Source of the DNA: Bdellovibrionota bacterium FG-1
GTDB lineage: Bacteria > Bdellovibrionota > UBA1018
Direction of reading: 5' to 3'
DNA length: 64,000 nucleotides
NCBI GenBank assembly: GCA_051382295.1
Contig: JBBCAW010000018.1
Location: 23,951-87,950, forward strand
The notes under the pieces are model-generated. The model was not told the DNA's origin, did not search any database, and saw nothing but the letters and a program-made list of their open reading frames with translations. The position numbers and the translations under genes are program-made. The stretch's first letter is position 1. The number at the start of each line of letters is the position of its first letter. Positions 30,587 to 38,678 of this stretch are shown here, piece after piece.

Positions 30587-32212
30587 CTAAAACACCGTCT
30601 TCGGCTGATAACTGATCGACATTTGATCCGTCGAGGTCAGATTAAGCATGAAATCCAGATCTGTGATGGTCAGTGTTTTGTCAACCACGGTGTATTGATC
30701 CGAGCGCACGGTTGTACTTGTGCCGTCGGTATGTTTGACGGCCACGAGCATGTCTTCGGCACCTGTGGGGGCGCGCTGAAGGGTAAAAATAGATTTCTTG
30801 CCGACAATGACGGTTCCGATTTTGTCCAAAATGGGCTGAAAATTGGTCGTATCCGGATTGTTGGGGTCGATGAGTTCCATTTCAAAGGAGCCATTCCCGA
30901 CGGCTTGATCAAAGGCAATATAGCGATCTCCGCGATCGCTGGTAATCCGACGTCGTCCGTTGCCCAAGACATGAACGTCTTCGTCACCTCGGTTTTTGTG
31001 AAGCGCCATGAGGGATTCGCCACTCAAGGGAATGACCGAGACTGAAAAGTAATTGGGGTTGGCTCCATCCGTTCCGGTGGTTTTGTCGAGATCGGTAAAA
31101 AACTGATCCATCTGAGTTTTGACCTGCGTGGGAGGCATCAGGGTTTGGGTCTCAGGCTGGGGGGGGCAGAGGCTAATCGTGTAGGTGTAAGTCGAAAAAG
31201 TGCTGTCAGGATTGGTGCACAGGTTGTTGGAGTTATCCGTGCAAGGCACTTGCGTGCAGGTTCCCGAGGGGCAGGCGACTGTGCGAGAACGGCAATGGCC
31301 TACTCCTCCATCACCTATGTCTCCTACATCGTATTGGTAGCCAGTGACGGGGCTTGAAGCTGTATTGACATTGGGATCAACGGTTTGGTCATCTTCGTCC
31401 GAAACAATCAAAATCACGCGAAGTGAATTGGGTCTGAAAAGGGGATTGGGTGCAGTGCCTTGGGTGCTGAGCTCATTGTCGGCGACAAATTGCAAAATGG
31501 AGCCGAGCCCGCGTTCGATTCCGGATCCTGCGGCTCCCGTGCTGACGTTGGTCATAAAATCGTTGATCAGTTTTTGCGTCCAAACGTCAGGATCTGTCCC
31601 CGTGGGTAGAAGGGTTTTGACCAGAGGGTTGTTGGAGTGGATGTTGTCGTTGTTGAGGGTGTTGACGCATAAAATGGCGCTGTCCTGACCTGTTGCGGGA
31701 TTGAGGCATTCCGCAATTCCGGTGAGCTGAGCGCCGACTTGGCCGTCGCGCACGGTGCATTGTCCATAACCGGTATAGAAATAAGGATTAGCGGCGGTGC
31801 AAGCTGAGGCCATGGGGCCGTCATGGTTGCCTGGCAAAAGCAGGCCCCAGTTCTGCTGCCACTTGGGGTAGGCGGCTTGGGTGCGGTAGGTGGCATAACG
31901 AGGATTGGCGAGGTAGGTATCGGTGGTAATGACTCCGACTTGAATGTCCCAGTTCGGGCGCATGTATTTTCGGGCAAAAGCAGAGAAGCCATTACGCAGA
32001 CTTTTTTGGGAAGGGTCCATGCTGGCCGAATTGTCCACGACCCACAGCATGTCGATCTTGGTGTTGACGTCTTGGGTGGTCGAAAAAGTTTCTTCAGCGG
32101 TTTTGAGTCGAAAAGAGTTGGGGAGCTGACCCGTGCAGGCGATTCCCGAGATCATCGAAAGGGCTAGGGATGCGGTGAGGAAGAATAATGGGATGAGTCG
32201 CACGGGGTTCAT
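30587..32212 (-). CDS. Cys-rich vWA-domain lipoprotein (CglB/CglD-like adhesin architecture)
   Basis: Lipobox GIAC; DMLWVVDNSASM (MIDAS DxSxS); GVITTD; GSGIERG; IVSDEDD; many paired Cys. Confidence 0.7.
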   Translation of the reverse strand: MNPVRLIPLFFLTASLALSMISGIACTGQLPNSFRLKTAEETFSTTQDVNTKIDMLWVVDNSASMDPSQKSLRNGFSAFARKYMRPNWDIQVGVITTDTYLANPRYATYRTQAAYPKWQQNWGLLLPGNHDGPMASACTAANPYFYTGYGQCTVRDGQVGAQLTGIAECLNPATGQDSAILCVNTLNNDNIHSNNPLVKTLLPTGTDPDVWTQKLINDFMTNVSTGAAGSGIERGLGSILQFVADNELSTQGTAPNPLFRPNSLRVILIVSDEDDQTVDPNVNTASSPVTGYQYDVGDIGDGGVGHCRSRTVACPSGTCTQVPCTDNSNNLCTNPDSTFSTYTYTISLCPPQPETQTLMPPTQVKTQMDQFFTDLDKTTGTDGANPNYFSVSVIPLSGESLMALHKNRGDEDVHVLGNGRRRITSDRGDRYIAFDQAVGNGSFEMELIDPNNPDTTNFQPILDKIGTVIVGKKSIFTLQRAPTGAEDMLVAVKHTDGTSTTVRSDQYTVVDKTLTITDLDFMLNLTSTDQMSISYQPKTVF

Positions 32213-32369
32213 TTGTTAATAATAGTTTAAATAGTTAAAAAATACAAACAAATGAATTTGTCTCAGACAGATTTATAAATTCTTGTTTTTATTCGTCTCA
32301 GCTGACGCCTGTTAGCTGATGGCTGACTAGCTAAAAAAGACTAATAAAAACAGATCATGGATAAATGTA

Positions 32370-32429
32370 TAGCGGTTATAACCATCATATAGATGATGAC
32401 TTTGGCGGTTATAACAGCTAAAGTAAGTC
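32370..32429 (+). promoter_or_regulatory. sigma70-type promoter ATGACT-17-TAAAGT, 5 nt before ATG, overlapped by an imperfect palindrome centred on GTTATAAC
   Basis: ACTTTGGCGGTTA/TAACAGCTAAAGT (11 of 13 paired) at 32399-32424; a second GCGGTTATAAC copy at about 32372-32382. Confidence 0.55.
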
Positions 32430-33695
32430 ATGGTCTCACGCGCTGATCTCAAAAAAGTGATCGATGATTGGAATGGTTGGTTTGAGCGCGCAAGAGTGGA
32501 TCTCTCCCCACGCCAGGAAGTCCTGACCTTGCCGCGGAAAAATGCTTTGGCCCTCATCGGGGTTCGGCGGGGTGGAAAGACTAGTTATGGCGTGCAGATC
32601 GCTAAAACTTTGGAGAACGTTCTATATATCAACTTTGAGGATCCGGCATTTTACGAGGACAACTCAGTTGGAAATTTGGAAGAATTGCTCTCTGTTTATG
32701 TTGAATTTAACCAGCGTCTTCCGGAGTTGGTTGTTTTCGATGAGATCCAGAATATCGACGGCTGGGAACGTTGGGTGCGTAAAGCGGTGGATATGGGTCA
32801 ATTCGGTCTGATTCTGACCGGCTCATCTTCTAAGCTTCTGAGTTCTGAAATTTCAACCTCCATTGCAGGGCGTTGCATTGAAAAGACCGTTTGGCCGCTC
32901 TCGTTTGGCGAGTTTCTGAAATTTTCAAATAACAAAGCGAGCTCTCAAGACGAGTATCTCGCCGCGATGCGAATATTTTTGCAATGGGGGGGGTTTCCTG
33001 AAGTCGTTTTAACGCAAGACCCGCAAGAAAAGCGCGACTTGCTTCGCCAATATATGAATGACTTGATTTTGAAAGACGTGATCAGCCGAAACGAGATTCG
33101 CAACAAAAGAGCCCTCGATGTCGTGGTTGCGCACTATTTTAGAAACATCAGCAAGCTTCATTCCTATACGGCCATTAAAAAAGGGTATGAGATCAGTACT
33201 GAAACAGCGGGCCAGTACACCGGGTTTTTGCAAGACGCTTTTTTGTTATTCGAGGTCAGTCGGTTTCACGCCAATCTCAAGATTAGCTCCAGGGATCCTA
33301 AGAAGATCTACGCAATCGATACGGGCCTGAGAAACGCGCACACGGTTTCGAATTCGGTCGACGATTTTGGAAAACTCGCTGAAAATGCGGTGTATATCGA
33401 ACTCAGACGGAGAAAGCAGGACGTCTATTACTGGAGTAAAAAGCAAGAGGTCGATTTTCTCACGGTTGAAAATGGCGCACCCGTGGCGGCTATTCAGGTT
33501 TGCTATTCCGATATGCGCGAGCCGGAGGTTTTTGAGCGAGAAACTGGAGCGTTGCTCGAATGTCTGAATGACACGGGTTTAGACGAGGGCACGGTTCTCA
33601 CCCTTTCGCGCGAGGAGTCACTCACCTTGGGTGGAAAGAGGATCCGATTGCAGCCGCTTTATCGGTGGCTCATGGCTGGGTATTTCAAAATTTAA
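32430..33695 (+). CDS. AAA_14 ATPase with DUF4143 domain
   Basis: GVRRGGKT, YINFED, FDEIQN, LTGSSS, AGR, GGFPE, KIYAIDTG, ENAV, EVDF...IQVC. Confidence 0.9.
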   Translation: MVSRADLKKVIDDWNGWFERARVDLSPRQEVLTLPRKNALALIGVRRGGKTSYGVQIAKTLENVLYINFEDPAFYEDNSVGNLEELLSVYVEFNQRLPELVVFDEIQNIDGWERWVRKAVDMGQFGLILTGSSSKLLSSEISTSIAGRCIEKTVWPLSFGEFLKFSNNKASSQDEYLAAMRIFLQWGGFPEVVLTQDPQEKRDLLRQYMNDLILKDVISRNEIRNKRALDVVVAHYFRNISKLHSYTAIKKGYEISTETAGQYTGFLQDAFLLFEVSRFHANLKISSRDPKKIYAIDTGLRNAHTVSNSVDDFGKLAENAVYIELRRRKQDVYYWSKKQEVDFLTVENGAPVAAIQVCYSDMREPEVFERETGALLECLNDTGLDEGTVLTLSREESLTLGGKRIRLQPLYRWLMAGYFKI

Positions 33696-33861
33696 TCCTT
33701 TCTTACATTTTGTAATTCGAAACATTCGAGATTCAAGGGGTTTAACACTGCGTCACGATTCAACCCCTTGGATTCTGACCCTTATTTATTCTTGCTCGTT
33801 TTGACGTGTTTGGCCTTCCACTTGCTTTTAACATGATTTTATAGAAACGGAGAGTTGCGCC

Positions 33862-33948
33862 ATGACGGACTTGATGAACTTAGGATTTCTGCTGCTCACC
33901 TTCGGCCTGGGTATCGGGTTCGTGTGGGCCTGCGACCGAATGAAATAA
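33862..33948 (+). CDS. 28-aa hydrophobic peptide upstream of kdpF (small Kdp accessory peptide)
   Basis: Manual translation MTDLMNLGFLLLTFGLGIGFVWACDRMK, with GGAGAG SD. Too short for the ORF track. Confidence 0.6.
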   Translation: MTDLMNLGFLLLTFGLGIGFVWACDRMK

Positions 33949-33960
33949 AAAGATGAGGTG

Positions 33961-34056
33961 ATGACGATGACCATAATTGATGCGGGCCTTTTGAGTGTTT
34001 CGCTACTGATCTTTGCCTACTTGATGTACGCACTGATCCATCCAGAGAAATTTTGA
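33961..34056 (+). CDS. kdpF: K+-transporting ATPase subunit F
   Basis: Manual translation MTMTIIDAGLLSVSLLIFAYLMYALIHPEKF; the YL.YAL..PEKF terminus is the KdpF signature. Confidence 0.88.
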   Translation: MTMTIIDAGLLSVSLLIFAYLMYALIHPEKF

Positions 34057-34077
34057 GGCGCCAGAGAAACGGGAGAT

Positions 34078-34671
34078 ATGAACATGACATTTCGAGATTA
34101 TTTACAGCTTGCACTTTTTCTGGGAATCCTCCTAGCCACTGCAAAACCGCTTGGAATATACATGGACAAGGTCTTCGACGGGACGAAGACTTTTCTCTCG
34201 CCGGTCATTGGCCCCATTGAGCGATTGATCTATCTACTTATGGGCGTTAACCCGGACGAGGATCAGCCCTGGACCAAGTATGCGGTTCACATGCTCGTTT
34301 TTAGTGCGGTCGGTCTCGCGTTCACTTATGCCATTCTTAGGCTCCAACACATGCTACCGCTGAATCCAGCGGGGATGGGCGTCGTGAGCCCTCATCTCGC
34401 GTTCAACACCGCGATGAGTTTCACCACCAATACCAATTGGCAGGCATACGGAGGAGAGAGTACATTGAGTTATCTCTCGCAGATGGTGGGCCTTACTTTT
34501 CATAATTTCGTTTCAGCGGCTGTCGGCATATCGGTAGCTGTTGCCCTGATTCGGGGAATTGCCCGAAAAGAAGCAAAAGGCATCGGCAATTTCTGGGCTG
34601 ATTTGATTCGGTGCAATCTCTATGTAGAGTCCTTTTTTTACAGCACCGGCTTTTTAAACCCCTACTTTTGA
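34078..34671 (+). pseudogene. kdpA: Truncated K+-transporting ATPase subunit A (N-terminal third)
   Basis: [36 protein letters not shown]. Homology ends near 34626 and the ORF stops at 197 aa, versus about 550-600 aa normally. kdpB/C do not follow. Confidence 0.85.
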
Positions 34672-34750
34672 AATAAGTTTTTACGTCCGGAAAACCCTAC
34701 TCATTCGCGCAGTCAGTTGTCATTTAAAGCTCGCGAATTTCGAAGGCGTT

Positions 34751-36049
34751 TTATTTCGAAACCGCGTTATGAACTGCGGCCGGCGTGGACTCCACCGTGG
34801 CGGTGTCGGCTCCGACCAGTTTGGCGGAACCATAGAGCTCAATCGCATAGCCCGAAGTGAGATTCATATTGGTCGGGTAGTCGATCGCGTAGACGTCGGA
34901 GACATTGCCCACATAATCCCAGCCGTCCGAATGGTTGGTATCGCGCGCGATCGTGGCATTTTTGCTATTGTCGCCACCGGCGTGACGAGTAACGGTAATC
35001 GTGGTGGCGTCGGGTTCTTGCGCCAAAAACAGGTAACGCGTCCGAATATTGAGCCGGATCGTTTGAAGATTGTTGGCGATCTGATCGAGTGCTGCAGGGA
35101 TCGGAACCGTACACACGTCGTAGGCGGGGCTATTGAGATTCGAAGACATTTGGATCAAACGAGTGCCCGCAAAACTATTGGCGCCCATGCAGCCACCGGC
35201 GATTTGTCGGCTTTTGGAGGTCAACGAGTAAAAGCGGATCTGTTGGGAGTTCCCTTTGAAATTCTGAAAAAAGGTCGTGTAGGCATTGAGGCTGCTGACG
35301 TTATTATTGCAATAGGGTTTAGGATTGGCGCCGGATTGACCGCACACAATCGAGGGGTTTCCGCCCGCTAGATCATCTTGAATCATATCGCACGGGCCTT
35401 CCCAGCCGTCGTTGCGGGCGTGTCCATTGGCTTGCGTGCAGAGGTTGCGCTCGGAGGTGTCTTCGTCGGTACTGATTACGACGACCGCGAGAAAGGCATC
35501 GTTTCGCAAAAATCCTGATTGAGTGGTGCGCGAATCGAGGAGCGTTTGCCGAATATTGTGAAGCCCCGGAGCCTGGCTGGAGAGGCTCGTGTGGCTTCCA
35601 TCCAAAAAGTCCGTGTAGTCACTCGGAAATCGAAAGTTGGCTGAAGCGACCTGTCCGCCGACGGTGGATTGGGTGGCACCCGGAAAGGGCGCTAACCATT
35701 GCGAGCCCCAATTGACGTCGTATTGAGAGGCTTGAATCTGTTGGATAGGTCTAAAGGTCGTGAGTGGGATCGTCGCCAGGTGGTAATCCCAACCGCGCGT
35801 TTGGAGGCCGCTCAGAAATTGACCCATTTGACTCGAAACATTAGAGAAAACTTCTCGAATCGAGCCGAGATCGTCTTCGACCAAAAGGATGTCCACCTTA
35901 GGCGCTATCGTAAAGGTGCCGGGGGCGACTTGTTGGTCTTGGCTTGCGGTGGCCTGAAAGGATTGAGGACCGCAGCCCGATGACAAAAGGGCCGTCATGG
36001 CGGTTAAACTGATTGAAAGGGCTACGGGGGCTTTGAATGCCTTTTTCAT
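34751..36049 (-). CDS. Second vWA-like Cys-rich lipoprotein (paralog of 30587-32212)
   Basis: Lipobox SSGC; KVDILLVEDDLGS (degenerate MIDAS); FLRNDAFLAVVVISTDED. Confidence 0.65.
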   Translation of the reverse strand: MKKAFKAPVALSISLTAMTALLSSGCGPQSFQATASQDQQVAPGTFTIAPKVDILLVEDDLGSIREVFSNVSSQMGQFLSGLQTRGWDYHLATIPLTTFRPIQQIQASQYDVNWGSQWLAPFPGATQSTVGGQVASANFRFPSDYTDFLDGSHTSLSSQAPGLHNIRQTLLDSRTTQSGFLRNDAFLAVVVISTDEDTSERNLCTQANGHARNDGWEGPCDMIQDDLAGGNPSIVCGQSGANPKPYCNNNVSSLNAYTTFFQNFKGNSQQIRFYSLTSKSRQIAGGCMGANSFAGTRLIQMSSNLNSPAYDVCTVPIPAALDQIANNLQTIRLNIRTRYLFLAQEPDATTITVTRHAGGDNSKNATIARDTNHSDGWDYVGNVSDVYAIDYPTNMNLTSGYAIELYGSAKLVGADTATVESTPAAVHNAVSK

Positions 36050-36062
36050 ACTGATGAGTAAG

Positions 36063-36078
36063 GCAAGGCCGATGCCAA
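36063..36078 (-). promoter_or_regulatory. sigma54 (-24/-12) promoter candidate TTGGCATCGGCCTTGC
   Basis: GG and GC are separated by exactly 10 nt, and the site points into the vWA lipoprotein gene. Confidence 0.55.
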
Positions 36079-36264
36079 CGACTGAGGGTTGGGTAATTAA
36101 TTAAAAGCATTTAATTACAAGGTGTTGGGCCTCGTTCTGGATGGGTGGGGTTTCATGGGGAGGAAAATTTGAGTGGTTTGTCTAAACGACTGTCAAATCG
36201 TTAGACGGTCGAAAAATCGATAAAACTGTTTCGCTCTGGCCCGCATCCCTTTAGAATTCTAGAT

Positions 36265-37155
36265 ATGGAAAACACCGGCAAGGTTCTATTCAAGGATGAT
36301 TCACCTCAATGGTATGTGGCGCTGGGTGAGCGCTGGGTGGGGCCACTTTCGGCGGCGGACGTCTACAAGAAGGTAGTGGAGCAAGAGATCTCGTGGGCGC
36401 ATTTTGTCTGGAAGGCGGGGCAAGCGGAATGGAAGCGCATCTGCGACGTTAAGGCGTTCCAAAGCGTGGTGCCCGCGCTTCCTCCCAAAGCGGAAGCTCC
36501 TAAAACGGCGCCCCCGCCAGCTGCAACGCGGGTGGTGGCGGTTCCCAAAGCGCCCACCGTTTCGGAATGGTTTCTCTATTATAACGAAACTCAGTTTGGC
36601 CCTTTTTCTTCCGAAGAAATAAGTCGGTTTTTGCGGGTGGGGAAAATCCATGGACGCGTTCATATTTGGCGCGATGGAATGCCTAATTGGACCAAGATCG
36701 AGGCGGTGACCCAGTTTTTAGCGGATGTGGCCGAAGCTAAACAAGCTCGTGAGAAAAAGGTAGCCGGTCAGGGCAAGACTCCGCCGGCCCCGCGTGAGTC
36801 TGAAAAGGAAAAGGAGCAGCGAAAGACTCTGCGTAAGCCCGTCGTGGCTAAAATCATGATGGCGAATCAAGAAGCTTTGATTGTTGCGATTTGTCGAGAC
36901 ATTAGCATAGGAGGGATGCAGGTTTTGACGGACCGCATCCCCGGAAAACCGGGCACCCGCATCAAACTGAATGTGAGTCCTGCTGGCCGTTCCGGCGCAG
37001 CGGACGTTGCTCAGGGGGATATTGAGCCTTTTGTAGCTGAGGGGGTGGTGGTACGAGTGTTGGAGGATGGTCGAGGTTTTAGCTTTAGGTTTGAACGGCT
37101 TCCAGAAGCGTCACAGCGCGCCATAGAGAAATATATTGAAGCTGCCGGCGTCTGA
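36265..37155 (+). CDS. Tandem GYF_2 domains plus C-terminal PilZ domain
   Basis: Two WY...GP.S...W..G...W repeats; PilZ motifs QRKTLRKP (RxxxR) and DISIGG. Confidence 0.8.
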   Translation: MENTGKVLFKDDSPQWYVALGERWVGPLSAADVYKKVVEQEISWAHFVWKAGQAEWKRICDVKAFQSVVPALPPKAEAPKTAPPPAATRVVAVPKAPTVSEWFLYYNETQFGPFSSEEISRFLRVGKIHGRVHIWRDGMPNWTKIEAVTQFLADVAEAKQAREKKVAGQGKTPPAPRESEKEKEQRKTLRKPVVAKIMMANQEALIVAICRDISIGGMQVLTDRIPGKPGTRIKLNVSPAGRSGAADVAQGDIEPFVAEGVVVRVLEDGRGFSFRFERLPEASQRAIEKYIEAAGV

Positions 37156-37170
37156 TGGTTTCGTGGTGGA

Positions 37171-38130
37171 ATGGTAAGTATTGAAGCTTCAGGTTCGAAC
37201 CTTAAAAATTATCAGGGAATTTTACAAGCCAAGAGCTTTCCTGGGTTGCCCGCCGGGTGGGTTTCCGAGTGGGAAACTTTTCCGTCTTCGGATGGAAAAC
37301 TGCAGCTCTTTCTGGTGGAGCACCATGCCCAGCAATGGGTGCGGCCCAAAGTTTTGGTGGTTTTTCATGGCCTAGGTGAACATGGGGGGCGGTATCTTCA
37401 TGTCCCTCATTATTTACAGTCCGAAGTCGACGCGGTTTTTATGCTCGACCATCGCGGGCATGGCCGATCGGAGGGATTACGGGGCCATGTCGAGAGTTTT
37501 GATGTTTTTTCCGCTGATGCGGCGCTCACGATTAAGCGAATCGACGAAAAGCTTCGCAAACGCTTCGGCCATTCTGAGATTCATGTCTTGGGTCACAGTA
37601 TGGGTGGTCTTATTGTGCTCCGGATGCTGTTTTTGAACCCTGGCCTTCCGATCGCGAGCGCCACAGTTTCAGCGCCACTCTTGGGGGTTAAAGTTGAGCT
37701 TTCGATCGCTAAGCGCGTGGCCGCTCAGCTTTTAGCGCGAGTTTGGGGTTCCCTGCAGATGAGTAGCGAAGTGAACCCCAAACTTCTCTCTCATGATAGC
37801 GAGGTGGCCGCGGCGTATGTCGCCGATCGCTTGGTTCATCGAAAGGGGACGCCTAAATTTTATGTCGAAATGCACCACGCGATAGCCGACACGCTCAGGC
37901 GTGATTCGGGAATCGACGTCCCCTTGCAGATGCTCGTGCCGCTTCAGGATCAAATTGTTGATCCCCAATGTTCCCAACAATTCTTTCGTTCGCTCAAGTT
38001 GCGCGAGAAACAACTGAAGACCTACCCTGGATTTTTTCACGAACCCTTCAATGAAGTCGGTAAAGAACAAGCTTTTGAGGATTTACGCACATGGATTCAA
38101 ACGCACTCGGCCCCCAAGAACTCGAATTAA
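37171..38130 (+). CDS. Alpha/beta hydrolase (lysophospholipase / monoglyceride lipase type)
   Basis: HGLGEHGGRY, DHRGHGRS, GHSMGG, D, FHE catalytic triad. Confidence 0.88.
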   Translation: MVSIEASGSNLKNYQGILQAKSFPGLPAGWVSEWETFPSSDGKLQLFLVEHHAQQWVRPKVLVVFHGLGEHGGRYLHVPHYLQSEVDAVFMLDHRGHGRSEGLRGHVESFDVFSADAALTIKRIDEKLRKRFGHSEIHVLGHSMGGLIVLRMLFLNPGLPIASATVSAPLLGVKVELSIAKRVAAQLLARVWGSLQMSSEVNPKLLSHDSEVAAAYVADRLVHRKGTPKFYVEMHHAIADTLRRDSGIDVPLQMLVPLQDQIVDPQCSQQFFRSLKLREKQLKTYPGFFHEPFNEVGKEQAFEDLRTWIQTHSAPKNSN

Positions 38131-38678
38131 GGGCCAAACTCACCCAGTGGGTTCGCAAACTCAGTTATCGGGAGGGGGATTTTACTCTGGCCTCCGGAAA
38201 AAAGAGTCGTTTTTACGTCGATCTCAAGGCGACGACCTTGCATCCCGAAGGCGCACATTTGATTGGCGAAGCCGCATTTGTCCTCCTGAAGCGTCTGGGC
38301 ATCCAGGTCGAAGGAGTGGGGGGGCTCACGTTGGGCGCGGATCCTTTAGCCACGGCTTTGTCGCTTTGCGCGCGGACCCATGGCGAAACCTGGCCCGCTT
38401 TTATTGTTCGAAAAGAACCCAAGGATCATGGGACCGGAAAGTATATTGAGGGGATGGAAAATCTCAAACCCGGTGCGGCCGTGGTGGTTCTTGAGGATGT
38501 CGTCACGACGGGCGGCTCCAGTGTCAAAGCGATTGAGCGGCTGCGTGCCGAAGGACTCAAGCCCGTAGCCGTGGTGACCGTGGTGGATCGGGCCTCCGGG
38601 GGCGCGACGGCTTTTGAAGCGGTCGGGGTCCCTTATTATTGGCTGACCACTCTTGCCGATGTTCAGGCTAGCCCTTAG
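38091..38678 (+). CDS. pyrE: Orotate phosphoribosyltransferase
   Basis: FTLASGKKS.FYVD, VRKEPKDHG, LEDVVTTGGS. Confidence 0.95.
   Translation: MDSNALGPQELELRAKLTQWVRKLSYREGDFTLASGKKSRFYVDLKATTLHPEGAHLIGEAAFVLLKRLGIQVEGVGGLTLGADPLATALSLCARTHGETWPAFIVRKEPKDHGTGKYIEGMENLKPGAAVVVLEDVVTTGGSSVKAIERLRAEGLKPVAVVTVVDRASGGATAFEAVGVPYYWLTTLADVQASP

Noticed and set aside
34627..34750. Possible IS end after the kdpA break (AAACC(C)CTACT occurs twice)
   Set aside because: No matching terminal inverted repeat, target duplication or transposase was found.
34769..35371. Long antisense ORFs such as 34769-35371, 60462-61127 and 7069-7665
   Set aside because: They lie fully opposite better-supported genes and show no recognisable motifs.
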